Below are positions 31,565 to 42,859 of a stretch of DNA of 64,000 nucleotides, piece after piece. The stretch is from NCBI GenBank assembly GCA_963848825.1, contig CAWKFA010000015.1, positions 1,837,608 through 1,901,607 on the forward strand, written 5' to 3'. The notes under the pieces were generated by a model that was given only the letters and a program-made list of their open reading frames with translations, searched no databases and was not told where the DNA came from. This stretch comes from an uncultured Planctomycetota bacterium (GTDB taxonomy: Bacteria > Planctomycetota > Planctomycetia > Gemmatales > Gemmataceae). How positions within the stretch are numbered: position 1 is the stretch's first letter; each line of letters starts with the position of its first letter. Both the position numbers and the translations under genes were made by a program.

Positions 31565-33709
31565 CCGCGCGCCGGTGGTGCGCGAGCCAGTGGACGAACT
31601 CATCGACGTCCAGACTTTTATCCAGCCAGAGCTCAGCCTGCCGCAGTCGGCCCTTGAGGGCCAGCCGCACTGGACCGGCCGTCTGCCGCTCGAACCAGAG
31701 CAAGCGCATCGAATTAAGCAGGACAGCCAGCGAGCCAATCTGATGATAAATCACCGCCGCGACGGGCCCTTGTTCATACCACCCGCCGGGCGCCAGCAAG
31801 GGCCATAGCCAGGCGGTGATGACGATGCCGATGATGTTGACGGCGAAGGCGAAGACAAAGATATTTTGACGAATGATATGGACTGTTTGCCGGGCGAGAC
31901 GAATCAGCATGGGCAGGCTGCGCAGCGGGTCGCCCATGAAAATGATGTCGCCCGCGTCGGCCGCGATGTCCGAGCCTGTGCCGCCGATGGCCAGGCCAAC
32001 ATCGGCACGGGCCAGGGCCGGAGCATCGTTGATGCCGTCGCCGACCATGGCCACGGATAGGTTGCCAGGCGCTCCCTGCATGCTTACGAGATAGTCTACT
32101 TTTTGCGCCGGCAGCAATTCCGCCTTGATGGCGGTGAAGGGTAGCTCGGCCGCCACCGCATTGGCTGCCGCCGCTCGATCGCCGGTCAAGAGCACGAGCG
32201 GCTCGATTCCTAGTGCCCGTAACTCCGCGAGCATGGCTGCCGCTTCTGGACGCACGCGATCGCGGGCGCCGAATCGGCGCCCAGCGCATGGCCGTTGCGC
32301 CACGAGCAGGGCCGTTTGTCCCGCGTCATCGAGGGCCTGCAAGAGTTGTGTTTTTCCCGCGGGCCATGCAATCCCTTGCTCCTCCAAAAGCCGGCGTGTG
32401 CCGACGATAATGGTGCCATCCTGAGTTTGCGCCGCAATTCCCGCCCCTGGATGGGCCTGAAAGGCGGTAGGCGCTTCCAGATTCAACCCCTTGATCTGAG
32501 CCGCCTGAAGAATGACCCGGGCCAGCGGATGTTCGCTCCGCTGCTCCGCGCTGGCCGCGATGCGCAACAATTCTTCCGCCGTGGTCCCGTCAAGCGGCAG
32601 CACGTCGCCAATTTCCAGTCGGCCCTCCGTGATGGTGCCTGTCTTGTCGAAGGCGAACGCCGTCACGGTGGCGAGACGTTCCAGTGCCGAGCCCCCCTTG
32701 AGCAATATCCCTGTACCCGCCAGCCGGCCGAGGGCCGCGATGATGGCGGCCGGCGTGGCCAGGATCAAGGCGCACGGACAGGCCACGACGAGGACGCTTA
32801 ACATGGGATAGACGCTGAGCGTTAAGGCGGTGCGCATGCCCAGGCGGGTAGCATCCGCGCCGCGGAAGAGCGTCGAGCCATGATAAATCAAGGCGCCGAG
32901 GAAGGTGAGCGCCGCGAGCGCCAGCACGGCGGGTAAGAAGTAGCGCGCCAGACGGTCCGCCGTGCGCTCGATCTTGGCCTTGTCCTTCAGTGCTCGCGCG
33001 GTAATGTCGATGACCCGGCCAGCAACCGTTTGGTCCGCCACCTTGCGTGCTTCTATGGTGAGCGCACCAAATTGATTCACCGAACCCGCCAGAACCTCGT
33101 CACCGACACCCTTGTCCTGTGGCAGGCTTTCACCGGTCAGCGCACTGGTATCCAGCGAAGACCGGCCCTCGATGACCATGCCGTCCACGGGAACTTTGGC
33201 GCCCGGCTTGACGACGACAACGTCGCCGACCTGGAGCACTTGCGTCAGCACGCGCACTTCCTGGCCATTCTCCAGCGCCAACAGCGCTGGGGAAAAACCT
33301 CGACGACGCGAGCGACGGCATTTTTGGTATGGGCAAAGGTAATGGCTTCGAGGCACTCGCCGACCAGGCCGATGAAGACTACCTCGGCCGCGACCAGCGG
33401 TTCCTGAATCCAGATGGCGGCGATACAGGCGATTGCCAGCGCCAGGTCGGCGCCGATACGGCCATCGATGAGGCTTTGCAGCGCTCCATAAAGAATACGG
33501 GCCCCGCCCAGGACGGCGGCGATGAGAGCGAACCGGTAGGGACCGATGCCGGCCGGCCAGCTAGCCAGCCCCGCCACGCCCACCCAGCCCGCGAGGCGCG
33601 GCGCGAGGTCGATCCCAATGAGGACCCCAAGCAGGGCCGTCATGAGGTAGAGCGCCAGGTTGCTTTCCTGGTGGAAGGCAGAGTCCGTGTGAGAAATTTC
33701 GCGATGCAT
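31565..33709 (-). CDS. P1B-type heavy-metal-translocating P-type ATPase (no N-terminal HMA domain); frameshift at a G4A5 run near 33289-33299
   Basis: TM-MBD CPC motif (VVACPCALILATP), DKTGTIT phosphorylation site, GDGINDAPAL; N-terminal TM helices and GECLEAITFAHTKNA in ORF 33245-33709. Confidence 0.8.
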
Positions 33710-33816
33710 GAAGGCAGCGGAAGGATGTGCCCGGCCATGGGCTGGAACGCTGGAGTCAGTTTCCCATGGTATGGTGGTGCGCCAGCCGCGTCAAGGGAGC
33801 CACCGTCAAGGCGGCG

Positions 33817-36333
33817 CTATTGCTGGCCCCGAATTTGTGCCTTGAGAACGTGTTTGAGCCGGTCTTCAATCTTCTTGTGGGCCTTGTCGACTTCCTTATC
33901 CGTCAAGGTGCGGTCGTCTGCCTGGTAGGTAAGAGCATACGCCAGGCTCTTGTGCCCCGTGGTTATGCTCTCGCCGCGGTAAAGATCGAATAGCCGCACG
34001 CCGCGCACGAGTTCGCCGCCGGCCGCGTGAATCTCGCTGCTGATGCGTTCCGCGGTTATTGCTTCGGGCACAACCACGGCAATGTCGCGCAAGGCGCTGG
34101 GAAGCGCGGCACGGGCGTATACGGATGACGCGCCGGCACCAGCGCCTGGAGAGCTTCGACGTCAAAGTCGCCGACCAGTATCGGCCGTGTTCCTAGACCA
34201 TAAGCCTCGGCCGTCTTGTAATGCAATTGGCCGAATTCGCCCAGCACCCTGCCGCCCGCGAGCAAGGTCGCGCTCCGGCCGGGGAGGAGATAACTGGCCG
34301 CCGACGGCTGATATTTCACCTCGGCCAGGTGCAGATCCCCCGCCAGCGCTTCCACGATGCCCTTGAGATCGAAGAAATCGAGCGGCTCCTTGACGCCTTT
34401 GTCCGTACTCTTGCTATCGCTCCAAAATTCTTCATGACGATGCCCCGTAAGGACGATGGCCAGACGGCGGGGCTCCTGGGGCAGCTTGTCAGCAGCGTGG
34501 GAAAGGTAGACAAAGCCGATCTCGAACAGGCGGACGTCATCGGCATGATGGAGGTTGGCCGCCAAAATTTCCAGAACGCTCGCCAGCACGCTCTGGCGCA
34601 TGACGACGCGTTCGCTGGAGATGGGGTTTTTAAGGCGCACGTACTCCCGCGGCTCGATAAGCGGTGCCTCCCGTTCGGGGGTGGTGAGGGCATAGGTGAT
34701 GACTTCTTGCAGGCCCGCGCCCACCAGTAAATCGCGCAGGCGTTCCTCAAAAACGATGGGAACGTTGGTTTGCTGGCGCGGCAGGCGGTCGGCCAGCAGG
34801 GTCGAGGGGAGTCGATCATAACCGTGGATGCGCGCCAGTTCCTCGATGAGGTCGGAGCTGCCGACCTGGATGTCGAGCCGATGCGTCGGTACCGTCGCCT
34901 GCAAGAAGTCGCCGTGGTCCTTGACGTCGAATTCCAGAGTTTGCAGGATCTGGATGGCTTCTGCCTTGGGAAATTCCATGCCCAGCAGCCGATTCACTTC
35001 ACTTAATTTGAGTTCAATCACTTGCGGCGGCACCGGCGCGGGATAGCAATCGATCAGACCCTGGCAAACTTTGCCGCCCGCATAGCGCCCGATGAGTTCC
35101 GCGGCCCGCTGCAGCGCCGGCGCTACCGTCTCCGGATGGATGCCCTTGCTGAAGCGGCACACTGGCTTCGCTCGGCAGGTTGAATTGCTTCATCGTGCGA
35201 CGAATGCAGACGAAATCAAAGCTGGCGGATTCGAGCAAGATATTGGTCGTTTGGGCCGTGACTTCCGTTTCCGCGCCGCCCATGACTCCCGCCAGGGCGA
35301 TTGGCCCCAGCGTGTCGGCGATGATTAAATTGTCGGGGCCAAGTTGACGTTTCTGGCCGTCGAGAGTGATCAGGATTTCGTCGGCCCGCGCCGCCCGAAC
35401 GATGATGGTCGGGCAACCCCCGCCGGCCCGTTTGACGAGCACGTCGAAGTCGAAGGCATGCAGCGGTTGGCCCCACTCGAGCATGACGAAATTGGTGACG
35501 TCCACAACATTATTGATGGGCCGCATGCCCGCATAGTTAAGCCGGCGCTGCATCCAGGCGGGTGACGGCGCGATGGCCACACCCAGGCACAAGGAAGCGG
35601 CATAGCGCGGCGATAACTTCGGATTGTCGATCTTCACCTGAACCTTGCCGGCGATAGCGACATCGCTCGGAGGCGGCATGGAGGTGGGCAGCTTTAAGGT
35701 TTGCCCGGTAAGCGCCGCCACCTCGCGGGCCACGCCGACCATCGACAGGCAGCGTGCCATATTGGGCAGGACGTCAATCTCCAACACGATGTCGCCCATG
35801 AAGTCGGCCAGCGGCATTCCCACCGGGGCACTTTCCTCAAGAAGGATAATGCCTTCATGCTCCTCGGAGATGCCCAGTTCGCGGTAGGAACACACCATCG
35901 CGTCCGACGGCACGCCGCGCACCTTTGCGGGCTTAAGCTCCTTGAGGACTTTTTCTTCGGAGTGGCCGTCGAAAAGGACGGACCCCGCGAGCGCCAGCAC
36001 GACCTTTTGGCCCTGCTCGCCCGGCTTGATGTTCGGTGCGCCGGTGACCAGCTGTTTGACCTTGCCTTCGCCCCATGTCACGGTCGGCAGCGTGAGCCGG
36101 TCCGCGTTGGGGTGCTGCTCGACGCTCATGACCTCGGCGATGACGATCTTGTCGCTTGTCCCAGACTGGCCCGCGCAGCTCGGGCTTCGACGCGCACCCC
36201 CTCCGGAATCGGCAGGCCGATCACGCGCACGCTGGCCACTTCAAGCCCGGCCAGGGTCAGACGCTCGATGAGCTGCGCCGGCAGGCAGGGTGAGATCGAC
36301 GTAATCGCGAAGCCAGTTTAAGGGGATTTTCAT
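33817..36333 (-). CDS. pheT: phenylalanine--tRNA ligase beta subunit; at least 4 frameshifts near 36270, 36180, 35160 and 34090
   Basis: MKIPLNWLRDYVDL start at 36333; ...DKIVIAEVMSVEQHPNADRLTLPTVTWGEGKV tRNA-binding domain; B3/4 and core in ORFs 35014-36129 and 34056-35162; FDX-ACB end in ORF 33817-34092. Confidence 0.85.
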
Positions 36334-36363
36334 GGGGATTGTGTCGAGCGGCCTGCTGGCCTG

Positions 36364-37386
36364 TCAAAACTGTTGCAAAAACCGTAAATCGTTCGCCCAA
36401 AACTGGCGAATGTCGTCGATGGCGTGTTTCAGCATGGTGATACGTTGCGGCCCCATGCCAAAGGCGAAGCCACTGAAACGATCCGGATCGTAGCCGCCGT
36501 TGCGGAGCACCACGGGATGGACCATGCCCGCGCCCATGATTTCAAGCCAGCCGGTCCCCTTGGTCAGCCGATCGGCGTTGGGGTCTTCCTTGGGCCAGTC
36601 GATATCAACTTCGATGGACGGCTCGGTAAACGGAAAATAGCTAGACCGCAAGCGCACTTGCCGTTCCTGCCCGAACAGTCGCCGGGCGAAAGCCGTGATG
36701 GTCCCCTTCAGGTCGGCCATGGTGATGCCGGTGCCGATCGCCAGGCCTTCCACCTGCTGAAACTGAATCTCGCTGCGGGTGGTGATGGCCTCATAGCGGT
36801 AGCACATGCCGGGCAGGATCACGCGAATCGGCTCGGGACAAAGCTCACGCATGATATGGATTTGTCCGGGCGACGTGTGCGTGCGCAGGATCACTCCGGG
36901 CGTCGTGGTGTGAAAAGTGTCCCACATGTCGCGTGCCGGGTGGTGCGGCGGCATGTTGAGGAGTTCGAAGTTGTTGAGATCGTCCTCGACCTCGCGACTG
37001 CGATAGATCTGGAAGCCAAGGTCGGCGAAGATGCCCTGGATTTCGCGCATGATGCGCGTGGCGACGTGTAGACGTCCCCGGGCAAGCGGCCGGCCAGGCA
37101 GGGTGACGTCGAGAGCGTCCGCTGCCAGGCTCCGCGCCAGGGCCAGCTCTTTATCCTTGGCAACGGCCGCGTCATATAACTCGGTCAGGGTCTGTTTAAC
37201 GCGATTTGCTTCTTGCCCGAAAGCTCGGCGGTCCGCCGGTGGCACGTCGACAATTTTCTTGAGGGCCGCGGAAACGGCGCCTTCCTTGCCGAAATACTTG
37301 GTGTTCCAGGCTCGCAAGGAAGGTTCACTATCACAGGCGGCCAACTCGGCGCAAGCGCGCTCTTCTAAATTGGCTAGGTCCGACAT
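36364..37386 (-). CDS. pheS: phenylalanine--tRNA ligase alpha subunit
   Basis: Class II aaRS motifs; start at MSDLANLEE; the ORF track extends to 37455. Confidence 0.9.
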   Translation of the reverse strand: MSDLANLEERACAELAACDSEPSLRAWNTKYFGKEGAVSAALKKIVDVPPADRRAFGQEANRVKQTLTELYDAAVAKDKELALARSLAADALDVTLPGRPLARGRLHVATRIMREIQGIFADLGFQIYRSREVEDDLNNFELLNMPPHHPARDMWDTFHTTTPGVILRTHTSPGQIHIMRELCPEPIRVILPGMCYRYEAITTRSEIQFQQVEGLAIGTGITMADLKGTITAFARRLFGQERQVRLRSSYFPFTEPSIEVDIDWPKEDPNADRLTKGTGWLEIMGAGMVHPVVLRNGGYDPDRFSGFAFGMGPQRITMLKHAIDDIRQFWANDLRFLQQF

Positions 37387-37503
37387 TTGTAGCGTGGGCT
37401 TTGGCCCCACGCACCCCTCGATACCGGCGCGGACGAAAGCCCGCGCACCACGCAAAACAGCGTCTCCTCGTCGCGCGAACTAAGGCCCGCGCGACGTCAG
37501 CCG

Positions 37504-37857
37504 CTAGACGCTTTTCTTGGCCAGTTCGGCGATCTGGTCGAACGTGGCCGGGTCGAAGACCGCGATATCCGCCAGCATCTTGCGGTCGAGCTCAACGTTG
37601 GCCAGTTGCAAGCCATGAATGAGCTCGCTGTAACGCATGCCACGCATGCGGCACGCGGCATTGATGCGCGCGATCCACAGGCGGCGGAACTCGCGTTTTT
37701 TCACGCGGCGGTCGCGGAAGGCATAGCGCCGCCCGCGAATGAGCGTTACCAGCGATTGGCGATAAAGGTTATGCCGGCTGGCGCGAAAACCCTTGCACAA
37801 TTTGAGGTGCCGTTTCCGGCCTTGCGTGACGGTCTTACCACTGCGGGCCCGAACCAT
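37504..37857 (-). CDS. rplT: 50S ribosomal protein L20
   Basis: [29 protein letters not shown]...; AGGAG RBS upstream. Confidence 0.95.
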   Translation of the reverse strand: MVRARSGKTVTQGRKRHLKLCKGFRASRHNLYRQSLVTLIRGRRYAFRDRRVKKREFRRLWIARINAACRMRGMRYSELIHGLQLANVELDRKMLADIAVFDPATFDQIAELAKKSV

Positions 37858-37917
37858 GTCTCACTCCTACCTTCTGGAGCCGTGCCGGCTAGCTGCCGGC
37901 CCAGCGCTCCCAGTACT

Positions 37918-38114
37918 TTAATTGTCCCCGATATGCGCGACGTATTTCTTCGGCAGCTTCCCGGTCTGGACCAGTTTGCGCGCAGCTGGCGCTTGCGCTT
38001 GCCGGTCTTGGGGCTGTTCAAGTGTTTCTTGCCGGCCTGGCTGCGTTTCAACTTACCCGTGGCCGTCACGCGAAATCGTTTCCGCGAGGCCTTATGTGTT
38101 TTTTGCTTTGGCAT
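37918..38114 (-). CDS. rpmI: 50S ribosomal protein L35; frameshift near 37985-37995 (as sequenced the frame runs through the rplT start)
   Basis: [45 protein letters not shown]... then out of frame. Confidence 0.65.
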
Positions 38115-38393
38115 TGGATCCAATCCCCTGCGGTAAGAACGGCACTTAATCGAGCCGGCGTCCCGCGGCTTGTCGTTAAAGAATACTTCTCCCGTCCAAG
38201 CACAGCGGTTCGTGCTCAAAAGGGAGAAGTGCATTGTAGGAAAATATTACTTGGGGGCTAGCATGGTAGACAGCCGTTTGCCTTCCAGGCGCGCCATCAT
38301 GACATATCCCCACGATAATCGTCAACACGGAAGTTGCCGGATATTTGCGGACAAAGCCCTCGGGATGACGTCAATCTGCCGCGCGGCTTCCGC

Positions 38394-38526
38394 CGGAGAC
38401 CTGTAGGGTGGCGTCGAGCGTACTCGCGCTGACCCACCGAAATCCACCGACGTCACGGCCCTCGCGTGTTCGCATCGACCCATCCCGCAATTCAATTAGC
38501 GGTGGGTCAGCGCGAGTACGCTCGAC
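38394..38526. repeat. MITE-like element copy 2 (perfect 37-bp TIRs; core about 80% identical to copy 1 but in reverse orientation), upstream of the rpmI-rplT-pheST operon
   Basis: Direct sequence comparison with 226-372. Confidence 0.75.
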
Positions 38527-38560
38527 GCCACCCTACATGGGAACGTATTTTATTTGGCGG

Positions 38561-39316
38561 TCATGCGGAGGCGCCGTCGAGGCGGATCACGTTGCCATTG
38601 AGCATGGTGTTTTCGAGAATATGGCGCGTCAGGGCGGCGAATTCTTCGGGTTTGCCCAGGCGCGGAGGGAAGGGGACCTGTTGACCTAGCGATAGACGGG
38701 CAGGTTCCGGCAACGACGCCAGCAGCGGCGTATCAAAAATGCCTGGTGCGATCCCCATCACGCGAATGCCCTGACGTGCCAGCTCACGCGCCAGCGGCAA
38801 CGTCATGCTCACGATACCCCCCTTGGATGCCGCGTAGGCTGCCTGGCCGATTTGTCCGTCGAAGGCGGCCACGGACGCGGTATTGATGATCACGCCGCGC
38901 TCGCCATCGGGCCCGGGTTTGTTTTGCGCCATCGCTTCGGCAGCCAGCCGCAGCACGTTGAAAGTGCCGACCAGGTTGATTTTGATTACTCGAGTAAAGT
39001 GGTCCAGCGCATGCGGCCCGGTCTTGCCGAGGACCCGTTCGGCCAGCACGACGCCGGCACACTGAATGGCTCCGTGCAAAGCGCCAAAGGTTTGCAGGGC
39101 CAGCGCCACGGCCGCCTTGACGCGTATCTCGTCGGTGACTTCGGTATGCGCGAAGCGCGCGCAACCTCCCAGCTCCGCCGCCAGCTTCTCGCCGGCCACG
39201 TCATTGACATCGGCAATGATGACATTGCCGCCGGCCCCGGCCAGCATGCGCACGCAAGCCGCGCCTAGCCCGGAGGCACCGCCGCTGACGAGAAACGCAT
39301 GTCCGGAAATTTGCAT
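38561..39316 (-). CDS. SDR family oxidoreductase (3-hydroxyacyl-CoA dehydrogenase type II-like)
   Basis: GGASGLG Rossmann motif, NTAS...YAASK catalytic residues. Confidence 0.85.
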   Translation of the reverse strand: MQISGHAFLVSGGASGLGAACVRMLAGAGGNVIIADVNDVAGEKLAAELGGCARFAHTEVTDEIRVKAAVALALQTFGALHGAIQCAGVVLAERVLGKTGPHALDHFTRVIKINLVGTFNVLRLAAEAMAQNKPGPDGERGVIINTASVAAFDGQIGQAAYAASKGGIVSMTLPLARELARQGIRVMGIAPGIFDTPLLASLPEPARLSLGQQVPFPPRLGKPEEFAALTRHILENTMLNGNVIRLDGASA

Positions 39317-39348
39317 GAATTACACCGCAGGCCTTCGCTAAACGGATT

Positions 39349-39498
39349 TAACGGTCGATCAAAATAAACACACCGGCGGCGATGGCCAGGCCGCCCGTAA
39401 TGTAATGGACGCCGTTGATGGGAACAAAGGCGGCGATGCCCACGACAAGAAGAAAAATGGCCAATAGGAGGGTACCGATTTTCGCGGGAAACTTCATT
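39349..39498 (-). CDS. small two-TM membrane protein (49 aa)
   Basis: MKFPAKIGTLLLAIFLLVVGIAAFVPINGVHYITGGLAIAAGVFILIDR; just upstream of and co-oriented with the SDR gene. Confidence 0.35.
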
Positions 39499-39549
39499 GA
39501 ACGCACTCCAACGCGGGGTTTGGCCGCCAGGTCTCAGGTTGACACAGGG

Positions 39550-42026
39550 TTATCCTACGGGATTGCCGCTGCGGCGCACGCGCTCGATCGCTTCGCGCGC
39601 TTCATAAAAGAGAGGGTGCTGCTCGAATGCAGTGACATGTTCGTAACATTTGGCGGCGCGCGGAAAATCGCCCAGGTTCTCATACGCCCGCCCCAATTTG
39701 TACATCGTGTCGGCGCCGGAGCGTTGACTGTTGCGATAAACCTGGAAACACAACACCGCTTGATCGGCCTTTTCCTCCAGGTAAATGTCCCCAAGGATGC
39801 GATGGGCGAGAAGCCAGGCTTCTTCCTCGTCTTCATCCTTGAATTTTTCCGGCTTATTCTGGCGGATCTCTTCCAGGAGCGTCACCGCGTCGTTGATTTC
39901 TCCCTTGAGTCGGCAAATGCGTGCCTTGAGGATCTTGGGCTCGATCCTGTTCGGTTCGGCGGTGAGAGCCAGTTCGGCAAGATGGCTGCCCCAATCGAGT
40001 AAATCGAGATCGCCATTATATTTATCGAGCACCCAGCGTGCCTTGGCTATGCAGTAATCCACGTCGAACCATTTGCGGACCTGCTCGAGCCGGCCTTGCA
40101 AATCGTCCGGCGCAATCGAGTAATAATAGCGGTCCTTGCGTTGCTTTAAATCCATGTCTTCCGGGTTGTACGTGAGCGCGTGCTCCGTGCAGTTGAGGGC
40201 CAACCAAATATTGTTCTGTTTTTCCCGCTCGTCCGTGCAGGCTTCGGCCTTGCGCTGAAACAATTCCGCCAGAACGCGATAGGTCTCCAGCCCGGCGCGC
40301 TCGTACTGGGAGTAAAACTTGAACGCTTCCAGCGCGCCATCGTTTTCGCCCGCCTTCATTTGATGTTCGCCCAATGTCTTGACGGCCGCGAACAGGGCCG
40401 TGCGGTCCTCCTCCGCGAGATTCGCGACGCCAACCTTGCTCCCCAGGCGCATGGCATGGCGGTAATTCTGCCATAGCCCTTCCTGGTCGCCGTGCGTTTC
40501 GTGGGCCTTCGCGAGGCGCAGATAGACAGCAGGCGCAGCGCCCCCATGCCGCGCGCGGCCAGGCGCATAAACTCGCTGCCCCGCTGCCAGCGTTCCTTGT
40601 CCTCCAGTAGAGCCAGACCGAGTTGCTGGGCATAGGCATGATCAAAATCAAGCACCGACTGGTCGGGCAGCGCGGACGTGGCGTATTCCTCCTCCGTCAT
40701 GGCGGCATAAAGCACCCGCTTGAGCTCCCAGCCGGCGGCATCATCGGGCTTGAGGGCCAGGCGGCGTTCCACGGCCGCGATGGCGTCCATGCGCCGGCCT
40801 GGCCGCGTCAGGAGTGGTGCCCCCACGCGCCGGGTCATCTCCGGGTGCAAGGCGAGCGCGAGCTGCCAGGCTTGAAACAGCGTCTCGCGGCGCTGGGGGG
40901 AGTCCGCGGCCGATTCGCTTAATACGCTCTCAAGTTCCAGGGCGGCGCGCTCCAGATCATGTTCGTGCAGACTGGCCACGGCACGCCAGTAGGCACAGCG
41001 CGGTTCGAGCGCGGGCTTTTGGCCGGCCACCAACTCCAGAAGGTGCTTCGCTTCCTGAATCTGCGCCGGTGTGGGTTTTTCGAGCAACAGCAGCCAGGCG
41101 ACGCGCTCCAGGCACAAATCGTAATTGACAAGCGCAAGCGTCTCGGGTTCCTTGCTGAGTTTGCCGATGTCCATGTCGCGGTGCAGGTCCCAGAGTTGGG
41201 CCCGCGCCATCGGATTGTTCGGGTCGAGTTGCAAGGCGCGGTTCAGCGACAAAAGGGCCGGGCGATATTGCCCAACCCTGGCATAACTAAGGCCGCGCAG
41301 CGTGTGCTTGAAGACGCGCAGGCCAGGAAGAATGCGCCGCGTGTAAAGAAAATAAAGGATCAGCGGCAGCACGAGGCCGAGCAGGCCGAACTGCGACGTG
41401 CCCAGGCGCTCGTTGAGAAAGGACAGGGCCACGCCGAGGGCAGCGCAAATCGCCGCGATCTCGACCTCCGATTCCTCGACGAGGCTGGCGAAGGTGAGTA
41501 AGTAGAAGCCGGGGATTCCCAGCAGCAACAGCACCGGAATCATCTTTAGCTGGTCCGGGGCCAGGAGATTCGGATAGCGCAGCTGAATAACGACGGCTGC
41601 CGCGACCAGGCCGGCGGCGAGGCCCAGGCCAAGCCACAGGCGGGTCTGCTTTTGCCGGACCGTGCGCAGGAAATAGAGGGCGACGCCCAGCACCGCCCCG
41701 CCCCCCACCGCGTACAGGTCCAGGTCATTGGCCCGGTCTTTGAAGGTGACGAACGCTCCCAGGGCCAGGCCGGCGATGAGGCCGGTATAAACCATGGCCG
41801 GGTTTTCCAGCAGCAAGAACAGGAGGAAAGCGAAGGGCCGTCCGCGCGGGCGATAGCCTTCCCGCCACTTTCGCAACCCCGCCGCCGCCAGGCTGAGCAG
41901 CAAACCGCCCAGGGTAAAACCACCTACAGCCGCCAGTTCTGTGGCGCTCGGCCCATGTAAGGCGACCAGCACCAGCAAGCCGAGATAGATCCCTTTGAGC
42001 ACGAACTCAGTTTGGTCCCAACGCAT
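39550..42026 (-). CDS. polytopic membrane protein with C-terminal TPR repeats; ORFs 40356-42119 and 39550-40452 joined by a frameshift at a C5 run (40541-40545)
   Basis: About 9 TM helices then TPR-like repeats; G6 instead of G5 on the coding strand gives ...FMRLAARGMGGAAPAVYLRLAKAHETHGDQEGLW... Confidence 0.7.
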
Positions 42027-42115
42027 GACGGCCCCATCGGTTTCGTAAATTGGATCGACAGCCGTATTATACGGCACCCGCCCGGTGCTTGTCTGGTATA
42101 GGCGCGACGTGAATA

Positions 42116-42859
42116 TCAAGAATCAGCGAGCGCGGGTCGCACGTCCGCCGGCTTGCGTCCCAAATAAACCAGGACGGCCCCCATGCTGCTTGCCGCGGTG
42201 CCGGCCAGCACCCATTGCCAGGATAAGTTCTGCGTGGCGGGTAGCAGTTGCAAAAGGGCGTTGTGGCAGGCATGGAGAATTAGGCCCGGCAGGACGCTGC
42301 CGGAGGTCCAGCACACCCAGCCCAGCACCAGGCCCAGCAGCGTGCTGGGCAGCAAGCGTTCCCAGCCCAGCGCCCCACCCAGCACGACATGCAGCCCGCC
42401 AAAGAGCAGCGCCGAGATGCCAATCGTGAGCGGGCCGGAGCAGCGTTGACGCAGGGCACCAAACACGTAGCCGCGAAAGGTCAATTCCTCGAGGATGGCC
42501 TGCACGACCAGGATCGCCACCAGCAGATAGCGATGTTGATTGAGGGCGGGGAGCTGCGCCTCGACAAGTGTCTTGAGTCCTTCCGCCCGTTCGCTCAGGG
42601 CCACCTCCAGCAGCTTGAGCACGATGGGCCATAGCGACAATCCAAGGACCAGGCCGCCGAAGAGAGCCGCCGGGCGCGCGGGGGTCAGGCCAAAGCCCGT
42701 CCAAGGATTCACCCGGCCCATGTAAGCGCTGAAGGCAGGCAAGACGCCGAATAACAGCACACCCACCACGCCGACCGAAATTATCAGCCACGCCGGTGGC
42801 AGCCATGGATCGGCCAGACGGACCGTCCATTGCAGCGCCGCATGCAGGGGCACCATCAT
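42116..42859 (-). CDS. CPBP family intramembrane glutamic endopeptidase (CAAX protease-like)
   Basis: EELTFRGYVFGAL and FGGLHVVLG motifs. Confidence 0.8.
   Translation of the reverse strand: MMVPLHAALQWTVRLADPWLPPAWLIISVGVVGVLLFGVLPAFSAYMGRVNPWTGFGLTPARPAALFGGLVLGLSLWPIVLKLLEVALSERAEGLKTLVEAQLPALNQHRYLLVAILVVQAILEELTFRGYVFGALRQRCSGPLTIGISALLFGGLHVVLGGALGWERLLPSTLLGLVLGWVCWTSGSVLPGLILHACHNALLQLLPATQNLSWQWVLAGTAASSMGAVLVYLGRKPADVRPALADS

Noticed and set aside
30750-33356. 868-aa ORF taken at face value as one protein
   Set aside because: It concatenates a P-type ATPase, an SPFH N-terminus and about 100 residues of Arg/Lys-rich out-of-frame read-through; split into ATPase + SPFH with frameshifts instead.
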